Of a stretch of 64,000 nt of DNA, positions 1 to 15,350 are shown piece by piece (position 1 is the stretch's first letter; the number at the start of each line of letters is the position of its first letter). The stretch lies in assembly GCA_951406725.2 (NCBI GenBank), contig OX597829.1, forward strand, positions 27,962,001 through 28,026,000, given 5' to 3'. Under the pieces are notes generated by a model. The model did no database searches, was not told the DNA's origin, and saw nothing but the letters and a program-made list of their open reading frames with translations. The stretch comes from Octopus vulgaris. Taxonomy: Eukaryota. Position numbers and translations under genes: made by a program.

Positions 1-13
1 ATGAAGTAACATA

Positions 14-222
14 AAACTTTAGATACCTACCTGCCTGAGACTGCTTTTGGCTCTATAACAAATTTCCTGTTTTAAAAGTGATCTTTGTAATAATTGCTTG
101 TTTATTTTTTCCAAACACCAGCTTTATATAATGACAGTTATTTTACTAAATTCTTCCTTATTTCAAAAATAATTGAAACAAAGGCAGCATATTTCAACAG
201 AAGCATTGTAATGAAAGGGTCA
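14..222. mobile_element. Decayed copy of the TTAA-type MITE found at 62680-62908, in the opposite orientation
   Basis: Ends in ...GTAATGAAAGGGTCAA, close to the reverse complement of TTAACCCTTTCATTAC at 62680. Internal blocks (TGGCTCTA, TATTTTACTAAATTCTT) also match. Confidence 0.45.
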
Positions 223-933
223 AACAACAAATGGAAATAGAATACAAAAGAATACATGTGTGGCTACTGTACAAAAATAAATGGCCTCTGTTTCTCAAAG
301 CTGGCTGGTTTCATACCTCTTCTGCTCACTGGCTCACTCATCTCTCCACCTCTTTTCGCACTTGATATGTCTCACAAACCTGGCTTTGCTCTAATTGCTG
401 TACTCAGTCCTTTCTCTCTAGAACATCAGTCTTTTGGAATCTTCCTGCGGGTGTTTATCTGCAACATTAGTGGCATCAAGCTAACTGTTTTCAGAGATCA
501 GATCCTACAATGGCAGTTGGTGCTGCAACTTCCTCCAGACACCCAAGCTTAGAAGATATAAGGAATATTATCATCATTAACTTAATGTTTACTTATCCAT
601 CCTTATACGAGTCAGATGGATATATATGTGTATGTGTATATATATATATGTATGTGTATATATATATGTATGTATGTGTATGTATATATGTATGTATATA
701 TGTATGTATGTATGTATGTGTATGTATATATGTATGTGTATGTATGTATGTATATATATATGTATGTATGTATATATATATATGTATGTATATATATATA
801 TGTATGTATATATATATATGTATGTATATATATATATATATGTATGTATATATATATGTATGTATATATATATATGTATGTATATATATATGTATGTATA
901 TATATATATATGTATGTATATATATATGTATGT

Positions 934-971
<38 letters not shown>

Positions 972-976
972 GTATG

Positions 977-1026
<50 letters not shown>

Positions 1027-1583
1027 TGTATATATGTATGTATATATATATGTATGTATGTGTATATATATATATATGTATGTATGTGTATATATATGTA
1101 TATGTATGTATATATATATATATGTATGTATGTATGTGTATATATATATATGTATGTATATGTATGTATATATATATATATGTATGTATATATGTGTATA
1201 TATATATGTGTATATGTATATATATGTGTATATGTGTATATGTATATGTGTATATGTATATATATGTGTATATGTATATGTGTATATGTATATATATATG
1301 TATATGTATATGTGTATATGTATATATATATGTGTATATATATGTATATGTGTATATGTATATATATATGTGTATATGTATATATATATATGTATATGTG
1401 TATATGTATATGTGTATATGTATATATATATGTGTATATGTATATATATATATGTGTATATGTATGTATATGTGTATGTGTATATGTATATATATATATG
1501 TATATATATATGTGTATATATATATGTATATATATATGTGTATATGTATATATATATGTATATATATATGTGTATATGTATAT

Positions 1584-2162
1584 GATTGATTGATTGATTG
1601 ATTGATTCTAGTTTCAGCTTATGAGCTGTGGCCATGCTGGGGCACCGCCATTTGGTGTTGCTACTTGGTTTCACTTCATGGAGGCTTTCTAGCAACTGCT
1701 ATTTGGTGCATGAGAGAGTTCGATGCAGCTGCCCTCATCTGCCCCTCCTGCCGTGAAGTTGGTTCATCTGGGACACCTGACAGGAAGAGATCCAGCTTCA
1801 TTTTAAAGACATCTGTATCCACCCCATGCAGGTCTCTCAGGTTCTTCGGGAGGATATTGAAGAGCTGTAGGCCTCGGAAGCCCAGGCTATCACAGTATCT
1901 TGTCCTATATCTTGATGGCAGGTTTGGAGTCCTAGGCACCACGCAGTGGCGCCCAGTTCTGGCATTTGCGTAACTCTCGATGCCAAAGTTCAGGACACTT
2001 ACCTCCAGGATCTTCCAGATGTATATTATGGCATATCTTTCCCACCTACGCTCCAGGGAATATAATTTTAATCTCTTGAGTCTTTCCCAGTAGCTTACAT
2101 TCTGCATAGAGGCTATCTTCTTTGTGTAGATTCGTTGGATCGCCTCAAGTTCTGTGATCAAC
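1584..2162 (-). mobile_element. 5'-truncated CR1-group LINE 3' end, copy 1 (579 bp), (AATC)n tail
   Basis: ORF 1676..2164(-) reads [51 protein letters not shown], the post-RT ORF2 C-terminus. (GATT)n tail on +. Confidence 0.9.
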
Positions 2163-2502
2163 ATATATATATGTATATGTGTATATGTATATATATATAT
2201 GTATATATATATGTGTATATGTATATATATATGTATATGTGTATATGTATATATATATGTATATGTGTATATGTATATATATATATGTATATATATGTGT
2301 ATATGTATATATATATGTGTATATGTATATATATATGTGTATATGTATATATATATGTGTATATATGTATATGTATATGTATATATGTATATGTATATAT
2401 ATATATGTATATATATATGTGTATATATGTATATGTATATATATATATGTATATATATATGTGTATATATGTATATATATATGTGTATATGTATATATAT
2501 AT

Positions 2503-2970
2503 GATTGATTGATTGATTGATTCTAGTTTCAGCTTATGAGCTGTGGCCATGCTGGGGCACCGCCATTTGGTGTTGCTACTTGGTTTCACTTCATGGAGGC
2601 TTTCTAGCAACTGCTATTTGGTGCATGAGAGAGTTCGATGCAGCTGCCCTCATCTGCCCCTCCTGCCGTGAAGTTGGTTCATCTGGGACACCTGACAGGA
2701 AGAGATCCAGCTTCATTTTAAAGACATCTGTATCCACCCCATGCAGGTCTCTCAGGTTCTTCGGGAGGATATTGAAGAGCTGTGGGCCTCGGAAGCCCAG
2801 GCTATCACAGAATCTTGTCCTACATCTTGATGGCAGGTTTGGAGTCCTAGGCACCACGCAGTGGCGCCCAGTTCTGGCATTTGCGTAACTCTCGATGCCA
2901 AAGTTCAGGACACTTCCCTCCAGGATCTTCCAGATGTATATTATGGCATATCTTTCCCGCCTACGCTCCA
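2503..2970 (-). mobile_element. 5'-truncated CR1-group LINE 3' end, copy 2 (468 bp)
   Basis: Near-identical to 1584-2162 with a different 5' truncation point. Confidence 0.9.
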
Positions 2971-3034
2971 TATATATATATATACATATACATATATGTG
3001 TATATGTATATATATATGTGTATATGTATATATA

Positions 3035-3073
3035 TCATCATCATCGTTTAACGTCCGCTTTCCATGCTAGCAT
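3035..3073 (-). mobile_element. RTE-type LINE extreme 3' tail (39 bp)
   Basis: TCATCATCATCGTTTAACGTCCGCTTTCCATGCTAGCAT matches the 3' end of the RTE at 25998. Confidence 0.75.
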
Positions 3074-3530
3074 ATATATGTGTATATGTATATATATATA
3101 TATGTATATATATATGTGTATATGTATATGTGTATATGTATATATATATGTATATGTGTATATGTGTATATGTATATATATGTATATATATATGTGTATA
3201 TGTATATATATATGTGTATATGTATATATATATATGTATATATATGTGTATATGTGTATATGTATATATATGTATATATATATGTGTATATGTATATATA
3301 TATATGTATATATATATGTGTATATGTATATATATATATATGTATATAAATACGTGTATATGTATATAAATATGTGTATATGTATATAAATATGTGTATA
3401 TGTATATATATATGTATATATATATGTGTATATGTATATATATATGTATATATATATGTGTATATGTATATATATATATATGTGTATATGTATATATATA
3501 TATGTGTATATGTATATATATATATATGTG

Positions 3531-3573
<43 letters not shown>

Positions 3574-4644
3574 GTGTATATGTATATATATATATGTATA
3601 TATATATGTGTATATGTATATATATATATATGTGTATATGTATATATATATATGTATATATATATGTGTATATGTATATATATATGTATATATGTATATA
3701 TATATGTATATATATATGTATATATATATGTGTATATGTATATATATATATATGTGTATATGTATATGTATATATATATATATGTGTATATGTATATATA
3801 TATATATGTATATATATATGTATATATATATATGTATATGTATGTATGTGTATATGTATATATGTATATGTATATATATATATGTATGTATATGTATGTA
3901 TGTGTATATGTATATATGTATATGTATATATATATATGTATGTATATGTATGTATGTGTATATGTATATATGTATATGTATATATATATATGTATGTATA
4001 TGTATGTATGTGTATATGTATATATGTATATGTATATATATATATGTATGTATATGTATGTATGTGTATATGTATATATATGTATGTATGTGTATATGTA
4101 TATATATATATGTATATATATATGTATATATATATATGTGTATATGTATATATGTACATATATATGTGTATATATATGTGTATATGTATATATATATGTG
4201 TATATGTATATATATATGTGTATATGTATATATATATGTGTATATGTATATATATATGTGTATATGTATATATGTATGTGTATATGTATATATGTATATA
4301 TATATATTTATATATATATATGTATATATATGTGTTTATGTATATATATGTGTATATGTATATATATGTATATATGTGTATATGTATATATATATGTGTA
4401 TATATATATATGTATATATATATATGTATATATATGTGTATATGTATATATATGTATGTATATATATGTGTATATGTATATATATGTATGTATATATATA
4501 TGTATATATATATGTGTATATGTATATATATATGTATATATATATATATGTATATATATATGTGTATATGTATATATATATGTATATATATATATATGTA
4601 TATATGTGTATATGTATATATATGTGTATATGTATATATATATG

Positions 4645-4677
<33 letters not shown>

Positions 4678-5766
4678 GTATATATGTGTATATGTATATA
4701 TATGTGTATATGTATATATATATGTATATATATATATATATGTGTATATGTATATATATGTGTATATGTATATATATGTATATATGTGTATATGTATATA
4801 TATGTGTATATGTATATATATGTATGTATATATATATATGTGTATATGTATATATATATGTGTATATGTATATATATGTGTATATGTATATATATATGTG
4901 TATATGTATATATATGTGTATATATATATGTGTATATGTATATATATATGTGTATATGTATATATATGTGTATATATATATGTGTATATGTATATATATG
5001 TGTATATATATGTGTATATGTATATATATATGTGTATATATATGTGTATATGTATATATATATGTGTATATATATGTGTATATGTATATATATATGTGTA
5101 TATGTATATGTGTATATGTATATATATATATGTATATATATGTGTATATGTATATATATATATGTATATATATGTGTATATGTATATATATATATGTATA
5201 TATATGTGTATATGTATATATATATATGTATATATATGTGTATATGTATATATATATATGTATATATATGTGTATATGTATATATATATATGTATATATA
5301 TGTGTATATGTATATATATATATGTATATATATGTGTATATGTATATATATATATGTATATATATGTGTATATGTATATATATATGTATATATATGTGTA
5401 TATGTATATATATATGTATATATATGTGTATATGTATATATATATGTATATATATGTGTATATGTATATATATATGTATATATATGTGTATATGTATATA
5501 TATATGTATATATATGTGTATATGTATATATATATGTATATATATGTGTATATGTATATATATATGTATATATATGTGTATATGTATATATATATGTATA
5601 TATATGTGTATATGTATATATATATGTATATATATGTGTATATGTATATATATGTGTATATGTATATATATGTGTATATGTATATATATATGTGTATATG
5701 TATATATATGTGTATATGTATATATATATGTGTATATATATATGTGTATATATATATGTGTATATG

Positions 5767-5797
<31 letters not shown>

Positions 5798-8017
5798 GTG
5801 TATATGTATATATATATATGTATATATGTGTATATGTATATGTATATATATATATGTATGTATGTGTATGTGTATATGTATATATGTGTATATGTATATA
5901 TATATATGTATATATGTGTATATGTATATATGTGTATATGTATATATATATGTGTATATGTATATATATATATATGTATATATATATGTGTATATGTATA
6001 TATATATATGTATATATATATGTGTATATGTATATATATATGTGTATATATATATGTGTATATGTATATATATATATATGTATATATATATGTGTATATG
6101 TATATATATATATGTATATATATATGTGTATATGTATATATATATATGCATATATATATGTGTATATGTATATATATATATGTATATATATATGTGTATA
6201 TGTATATATATATGTGTATATGTATATATGTATATGTATATATATATGTGTATATGTATATATGTATATGTATATATATATGTGTATATGTATATATGTA
6301 TATGTATATATATATGTGTATATGTATATATGTATATGTATATATGTATATGTATATATATATGTGTATATGTATATATGTATATGTATATATATATGTG
6401 TATATGTATATGTGTATATGTATATATATATGTGTATATGTATATGTGTATATGTATATATATATGTGTATATGTATATGTGTATATGTATATATATATG
6501 TGTATATGTATATGTGTATATGTATATGTGTATATGTATATGTATATGTGTATATGTGTATATGTATATATATATGTGTATATGTATATGTGTATATGTA
6601 TATATATATGTGTATATGTATATGTGTATATGTATATATATGTGTATATGTATATGTATATATATGTGTATATGTATATGTGTATATGTATATATATGTG
6701 TATATGTATATGTGTATATGTATATATATATGTGTATATGTATATATATATATGTATATATATATGTGTATATGTATATATATATATGTATATTTATATG
6801 TGTATATGTATATATATATATATGTATATATATATGTGTATATGTATATATATATGTATATATATGTGTATATGTATATATATATATGTATATATATGTG
6901 TATATGTATATATATATATGTATATATATGTGTATATGTATATATATATATGTATATATATGTGTATATGTATATATATATGTATATATATGTGTATATG
7001 TATATATATATATGTATATATATGTGTATATGTATATATATATATGTATATATATGTGTATATGTATATATATGTGTATATGTATATATATATATGTATA
7101 TATATATGTGTATATGTATATATATATATGTATATATATATGTGTATATGTATATATATATATGTATATATATATGTGTATATGTATATATATATATGTA
7201 TATATATATGTGTATATGTATATATATATATGTATATATATATGTGTATATTTATATATATATATGTATATATATATGTGTATATGTATATATATATATG
7301 TATATATATATGTGTATATGTATATATATATATGTATATATATATGTGTATATATATATATATGTATATGTGTATATGTATATATATGTATATGTGTATA
7401 TGTATATATATATATGTATATGTATATGTGTATATGTATATATATATATGTATATGTATATATATATATGTATATATATATGTGTATGTGTATATATATA
7501 TATGTGTATGTGTATATATATATATGTATATATATGTGTATATGTATGTATATATGTGTATATATATATGTATATATATATGTGTATGTGTATATATATA
7601 TGTATATATATATGTATATATATGTGTATATATATATATGTATATATATGTGTATATATATGTGTATATATATATGTATATATATGTGTATATATATATA
7701 TGTATATATATATATATGTATATATATGTGTATATATATATATGTATATATATATATGTATATATATGTGTATATGTATATATATATATATGTATATATA
7801 TATGTATATATATGTGTATATGTATATATATATGTATATATATGTGTATATGTATATATATATATGTATATATATATGTATATATGTATATATATATATG
7901 TATATATATATGTGTATATGTATATATATATATGTATATATATATATGTGTATATATATATGTGTATATGTATATATATATGTGTATATATATATGTGTA
8001 TATGTATATATATATAT

Positions 8018-8328
8018 GATTGATTGATTGATTGATTCTAGTTTCAGCTTATGAGCTGTGGCCATGCTGGGGCACCGCCATTTGGTGTTGCTACTTGGTT
8101 TCACTTCATGGAGGCTTTCTAGCAACTGCTATTTGGTGCATGAGAGAGTTCGATGCAGCTGCCCTCATCTGCCCCTCCTGCCGTGAAGTTGGTTCATCTG
8201 GGACACCTGACAGGAAGAGATCCAGCTTCATTTTAAAGACATCTGTATCCACCCCATGCAGGTCTCTCAGGTTCTTCGGGAGGATATTGAAGAGCTGTGG
8301 GCCTCGGAAGCCCAGGCTATCACAGAAT
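8018..8328 (-). mobile_element. 5'-truncated CR1-group LINE 3' end, copy 3 (311 bp)
   Basis: Matches copy 2 over its length, sharing the TGTGGGCC and CACAGAAT variants. Confidence 0.9.
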
Positions 8329-10363
8329 ATATGTATATATATATGTGTATATGTATATATATATGTGTATATGTATATATATATATATATGTGTATATGT
8401 ATATATATGTGTATATGTATATGTATATATATGTGTATATGTATATGTATATATATGTGTATATGTATATATATATGTATATATATGTGTATATGTATAT
8501 ATATATGTATATATATGTGTATATGTATATATATATGTGTATATGTATATATATATGTGTATATGTATATATATATGTGTATATGTATATATATATGTGT
8601 ATATGTATATATATATGTATATATATATGTATATATATATGTGTATATGTATATATATATATGTATATATATATGTGTATATGTATATATATATGTATAT
8701 ATATATATGTGTATATGTATATATATATGTATATATATATGTATATATATATGTGTATATGTATATATATATGTATATATATATATGTGTATATGTATAT
8801 ATATATGTGTATATATATATATGTGTATATGTATATATATATGTGTATATATATATATGTGTATATGTATGTATATATATATGTGTGTATGTATATATAT
8901 ATGTATATATATATGTGTATATGTATATATATATGTATATATATATGTGTATATGTATATATATATGTATATATATATGTGTATATGTATATATATATGT
9001 GTATATGTATATATATGTATATATATATGTGTATATGTATATATATATGTGTATATGTATATATATGTATATATATATGTGTATATGTATATATATATAT
9101 ATATGTATATATATATGTGTATATGTATATATATATGTGTATATGTATATATATATGTGTATATGTATATATATATGTGTATATGTATATATATATGTGT
9201 ATATATATATGTGTATATATATATGTGTATATGTATATATATATGTGTATATGTATATATATATGTGTATATATATATGTGTATATGTATATATATATGT
9301 ATATATATATATGTGTATATGTATATATATATGTGTATATATATATATGTGTATGTGTATATATATATATGTGTATATGTATATATATATATGTGTATAT
9401 ATATATGTGTATATGTATATATATATGTGTATATATATATATGTGTATATATATATATATGTGTATATGTATATATATATATGTGTATATGTATATGTGT
9501 ATATGTATATATATATATGTGTATATGTATATATATATATGTGTATATATATATGTGTGTATATATATGTGTATATGTATATATATATGTGTATATATAT
9601 ATGTGTATATATATATGTGTATATGTGTATATATATATGTGTATATATATATGTGTATATGTATATATATATGTGTATATGTATATATATATGTATATAT
9701 ATATATGTGTATATGTATATATATATGTGTATATATATATGTGTATGTGTATATATATATGTGTATATATATATATGTGTATGTGTATATATATATGTGT
9801 ATATATATATATGTGTATATATATATATGTATATATGTATATATATATGTGTATATGTATATATATATGTGTATATATATATATGTGTATATGTGTATAT
9901 GTATATATATATGTGTATATATATATATGTGTATATGTGTATATATATATATGTGTATGTGTATATATATATATGTGTATGTGTATATATATATGTGTAT
10001 ATGTATATATATATATGTGTATATATATATATGTGTATATATATATATGTGTATATGTATATATGTGTACATGTATATATATATATGTGTATATATATAT
10101 GTGTATATGTATATATATATGTGTATATGTATATATATGTATGTATGTATATGTATATATATATATTTGTATATATATATATTTGTATATATATATATGT
10201 ATATATGTGTATCTGTATATATATGTATATGTATATATATATATGTATGTATATATATGTATATATATGTATATGTATATATGTATATGTATATATATGT
10301 ATATGTATATATATATATGTATGTATATATATGTATATATATGTATATGTATATATATGTATA

Positions 10364-10487
10364 TCATCATCATCATTTAGCGTCCGTTTTCCATGCTAAC
10401 ATGGGTTGGACGGTTTAACTGGGGTCTGTGAAGCCGGAAGGCTTCATCAGGCCCAGTCAGATTTGGCAGTGTTTCTACGGCTGGATG
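10364..10487 (-). mobile_element. RTE-type LINE 3' end
   Basis: (TCA)n tail plus TTTAGCGTCCGTTTTCCATGCT..TTTCTACGGCTGGATG; similar to 16754-16880 and 25998. Confidence 0.8.
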
Positions 10488-10799
10488 TATATATATATAT
10501 GTATATGTGTATATGTATATGTGTATATATATATATGTGTATATATATATGTGTATATATATATGTGTATATATATATGCATATATATATGTGTATATAT
10601 ATATGTGTATATATATATGTGTATATATATATGCATATATATATGTGTATATATATATGTGTATATATATATGTGTATGTGTATATATATATATGTATAT
10701 ATATGTGTATGTGTATATATATATATGTATATATATATGTATGTATATATGTATATATATGTATATATATATGTATGTATATATGTATATATATATACC

Positions 10800-11280
10800 A
10801 ATACGTACTAATACATACTAATACATACACCAACCCCTTACATACGCACGTCCAGACCAATCTTACGCACTAATACTCTCTCATACACACACACACACAC
10901 ACACACACCCTTATACATACTAATACATACACCAACCCTATACATACACACATCCAGACCCCTCCCACGCACTTTTAGCTGGTCCCTCAACCCTTTTATC
11001 AACCCTATTATCTCCCCTTATTTCGCTCTTGCGTCTCATGTTTGATCTTTGACCTCTGGCCGAAATCAGATCGCCATGTTGATTCGTTAGCTACTGCACG
11101 CATTTTTTTTCTCTTCTTCTTTCTGTGTTTTTCTCTCTCTGTGTATCTTTCTGTTGAAGAGCGTAGGCTCGAAACGTTAAAGACTTGTTTTATTTATATT
11201 TCCTGAGCGCCATACTAATACAATTGTTCGTTTGTTTTCCACCTGCTTCGTCTTTTGTTTATTTTCATAAAGCTTCCCGT
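10800..11280 (+). mobile_element. Penelope-like terminal-repeat fragment containing a hammerhead-like motif
   Basis: Hammerhead-like motif at 11146-11183. A homologous decayed block lies at about 50700-50825. Confidence 0.45.
11146..11183 (+). ncRNA. Minimal type I hammerhead-like motif with a variant core
   Basis: TCTTT-CTGTTGA-A-GAGC-GTAG-GCTC-GAAA-CG-TT-AAAGA. Stems I and II pair and AACGTT is palindromic, but the core is CTGTTGA rather than CTGANGA. Confidence 0.5.
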
Positions 11281-11624
11281 TATATGTATATATATATGTA
11301 TATATATATGTATATATGTATGTGTATATGTATATATATATGTATATATATATGTATATATGTATGTGTATATGTATATATGTGTATATGTATATATATA
11401 TATGTGTGTGTATGTATGTATGTATGTATATATGTATGTATGTATGTGTATATGTATGTATGTATGTGTATATGTATGTATATATATGTATGTATATGTA
11501 TATGTGTGTATATGTATATATATATGTGCTAGCAGAATTGCCTGGAGTTGCTCGGGGCTGAATTGCTTGAAAGTACTGTTAATGATTGCACTGAATTATG
11601 ATGATTATTCAAGCAAATATTGAT

Positions 11625-12142
11625 ATAAGTTTACGGTGGGAGATAAGGACTTAACGATCCAACGTGTGCCATTGCATTGTTTTGGGGGAACCAAATTTCT
11701 GATGAGCATTATAGGGGCACCAACTTTAAGTTTGAGAAAGTGTGGTGGTAGTCCGGGGTGCTCAAAGGAATTGAGTACCTCTATTGGATAGTTGATGACG
11801 TCCTCTGGGTCAGGAGTTGTATCGATAGACTGATATACATAGACTTCCCCAGGAATGAGTTTTAGCATTTCATCATTAATATGGTGAACAGTTTTATTCC
11901 TCGGGGCCAGTATAGCCTTTTTGCCAATCCAATCCATATTCTGATAATTAGCTTGTAGATCTGGGAACACTGCATCTCTGAGATCAGAAGGCGTCTTAAC
12001 AATGGTACAAATGGAATCGATGGCAATATTACCATTTTCATCCCCTGGTATTTTGCCTTCGCCAAGTGCAAGGAGGGTGTGAGGAAATGCTGCTGATGTG
12101 ATATTATGTCGCATATGAGCACGCATATTGGTGTGAAGTTTG
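11625..12142 (-). pseudogene. Helitron RepHel PIF1-like helicase fragment
   Basis: ORF 11605..12126(-): AILAPRN..HINDEML..YQSID..YPIEVLNS..GLPPHFLKLKVGAPIMLIRNL..CNGTR. Confidence 0.9.
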
Positions 12143-12372
12143 AGAGTTACTTCCCTTTATTTAAAAAATATGCATTAAAATGGAAAAAAATGATGGTAAA
12201 TTATTTGTAAAATCGTAGACTCATCGTAGACGCGCGCTAATACCGAGAAGGGGTCGATATGAATCACGACTATAAGATACCCGGTTTTGGTTAAACTGCA
12301 TCGCAAAATGTGGGAGTAGTTAGGAATCTAAATCGGAGTAGACAGACACACAACCTTTCTTTTATATATAAA

Positions 12373-12897
12373 TATTTTCGTCCTAAAAAACTTTGTATGG
12401 ATTGAATGGTTACCTCTATGGAAATATATACACGCACATTATACATACATGTGTGTATAGATGAATATATAAATACATTTAAATATCTATATACACTTTT
12501 GGGCGATCTTTCTGTTTCTTAGAGATAACTTTAGATCTTATTTTCGTCCTAAAAAACTTTGTATGGAGTGAATGGTTACCTCTATGGAAATATATACACA
12601 CACGTTATACATACATGTGTGCATAGATGAATATATAAATACATTTATATATCTATATACACTTTTGGGCGATCTTTCTGCTACTTAGAGATAACTTTAG
12701 ATCTTATTTTCGTCCTAAAAAACTTTGTGCGGAGTGAATGGTTACGTCTATGGAAATATATACACACACATTATACATACATCTGTGTATAGATGAATAT
12801 ATAAATACATTTAAATATCTATATACACTTTTGGGCGATCTTTCTGCTACTTAGATATACTTTAGATCTTATATTCGTCCTAAAAAACTTTGTATGA
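12373..12897. repeat. 166-bp tandem repeat, ~3.2 copies, inside the Helitron
   Basis: TTTTCGTCCTAAAAAACTTTG recurs at 12375, 12541, 12707 and about 12873. Confidence 0.9.
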
Positions 12898-14190
12898 ATT
12901 GAAAAAGAAAATGAATTGAAATTTTAAAGAAAGGAATTTGTTTACATACATGTGTGAAATGGCAAATGTTTGTGCAGTTGTCCAAAATGGAACCAGGGTA
13001 AATGTGTGGCACTGATGTATTATAATGAATAGTCCTTCTTGTTGTGAATATTAATTTGATTAATATGAACTGGAAACCAGTGGTGTAGCAATAAAAGACC
13101 ATAGGTGATCTTCTAGCAAAAAGGATGACCGGTCTGACTGGCTCATCCCCGTCACACACTCACACACACGCATGCACACACACACACACACACGTTAGCT
13201 TACAATTTTATTTATATATTTGCGTGTCTATGTGTGTAAATAGGAAGTGGGAGTAATATGCAGAGTGAAAGAGTGAAATGATAAAATATTTAGTTTTCTC
13301 GAATTTTTTTCTGAAATGGGTGTGAAATTGAAAGAAATTTTGTATGCCATGACCGAATGGAAGTACTTTGAAAAATCATAGGTAAACTCTAATTGAAGAA
13401 ATTGTGTGAGGAGTAAATCGTTATGTATTTATTTGTTTCTGTTTGCTGTGTTTTTTTTTGAGTAGTGGTTTAAGGTACACTTGCAAAGAGAAAGTATGAG
13501 AAATTATGTTGATAGCATGAGTGAAGCAGTTCATCCGTTTTATATAAATACTTTCACTTTAATCGTTGCACACTTGCAAAGAGAAAGGAGGAGAAATTAG
13601 GGTGATAGCATGAGTAAAGCAGTTCGCTCCGTTTGTGTGTGTGTGCTGTAGCCCACACTAAGAAAAGCACTTCACTTACACACCACAATGTGAGTTTTCT
13701 CGAAATTTTGCTTAATTGGGGGTGAAATTTGAAAAACTGTACCTGGCACGACCCGATGTATTCTACTCTTAAAAATGCTAGGTAAATTGTAATTGAAGAA
13801 ATCCTATATTGTAGATTTCTATAAGAGACAAAGGGAGGCAGATGAAATCTGCCTTTTATAATAAGAGATATATGTATATATGTGTGTATATATATATGTG
13901 TATATATGTATGTGTATATATATATGTATATGTATATATATATGTATATATATGTATGTATATGTATATATATGTATTTGTATATGTATGTATATGTGTA
14001 TATATGTATATGTGTATATATGTATATGTGTATATATGTATATGTGTATATATATATATGTATATGTGTATATATATATGTATATATGTGTATATATGTA
14101 TATATGTGTGTATATGTGTATGTATATATATGTATGTGTATGTATATATATGTATATGTATATATGTGTATATATATGTATATGTGTATG

Positions 14191-14227
<37 letters not shown>

Positions 14228-14254
14228 ATATGTATATGTATTTATATTTTTTTT

Positions 14255-15350
14255 GATTTGATTTGATTTTCCAGTTTCAGCTAATGGGCTTTGGCCATGC
14301 TGGGGCACCGCCATTTGGTTTGCTACAGGTTTTACCTCACGGATGCTTTTTAGCAAACGCCATCTGATGCATGAGAGAGTTCGATGCAGCTGCCCTCATC
14401 TGCGCCTCCTGCCGTGAAGTTGGTTCATCCGGGACACCTGACAGGAAGAGATCCAGTCCTACTTTAAAGACATCCGCATCCACACCATGCAGGTCCCTCA
14501 GGTTCTTCGGGAGGATATTGAAGAGCCGTGGGCCTCTGAAGCCCAGGCTATCACAATATCTTGTCCTACATCTTGATGGCAAATTTGGAGTCCTTGGTAC
14601 TACGCAGTGGCGTCCTGTTCTGGCATTTGTGTGACTCTCGATGCCAAAGTCTGGGACAAGACCTTCCAGGATCTTCCAGATATATATTATGGCATATCTT
14701 TCTCGCCTACGCTCCAGGGAATAGAGCTTTAATCTCTTGAGTCTCTCCCAGTAGCTCATATGCTGCACAGAGGCTATCTTCTTCGTGTAGCTTCATTGGA
14801 TCGCCTCAAGTTCTGTGATCAACTTGACACTGGATGGTGACCATAGCTGAGAGCAATAGTCAAAGTGGCTTAGGACAAGTGTCTTCCAGAGGACCGTCAT
14901 GGTTTCTTGTTCTCTTGTTCTAAAGGTTCTAAGAATCCATCCAGCCAGCCGTCTACATTTCATTGTCAGTTTAGCAACATGTACATGAAAGGTCGCGTCA
15001 TCACTCATGTGAATACCCAGGTTACGCACTGATTGTGCCTCTGGGATTGCAATCCCTCTGGGTCCAGTGTATTCATTGGGTATTGCATTCAGTTTTGCAT
15101 GCTGATAGTATAAAGCTTGAAACTTTTCAGCATTGAACTGCATGCTATTCTTTTCAGCCCACTTGTATATTTCGTCCAGCTCACATTGCAGGTGCTTAGT
15201 GTCTTCAGGGTTCTGTATTGCCTGTGAAACTTTTGTATCATCTGCATAACTTGTGATCGTGGCTCTCTGCGTGGCTGAGGGCATGTCTGAGAGGGCCATT
15301 ATGAACAGTAGTGGTCCCAAAACAGTGCCCTGCGGGACACCGCTCACTAT
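14255..15350 (-). mobile_element. 5'-truncated CR1-group LINE of a sister subfamily, with part of RT and an (AAATC)n tail
   Basis: SGVPQGTVLGPLLF..YADDTK (ORF 14793..15410) plus the C-terminal ORF 14337..14768. Confidence 0.92.

Larger units (their letters stand above)
616..10800. repeat. Giant (TA/TG)n microsatellite field with higher-order units, interrupted by LINE 3' ends
   Basis: The + strand is almost only T, A and G, alternating pyrimidine-purine. A perfect ~30-bp higher-order unit occurs at about 5370-5640. Confidence 0.95.
11529..13868 (-). mobile_element. Composite non-autonomous Helitron
   Basis: 3' CTAG plus a GC hairpin at 11529-11556, and a 5' TC end (A|TCTCTTATTATAAAAGG on -) at 13868. 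The block 12143-12371 matches the Helitron at 42974. Confidence 0.65.

Noticed and set aside
256-552. 98-aa ORF
   Set aside because: No recognisable domain and no convincing splice signals.
1584-8328. CRISPR-like or telomerase-like repeat/spacer pattern
   Set aside because: The repeats are LINE 3' ends of unequal length and the spacers are microsatellite; the context is eukaryotic with no cas genes.
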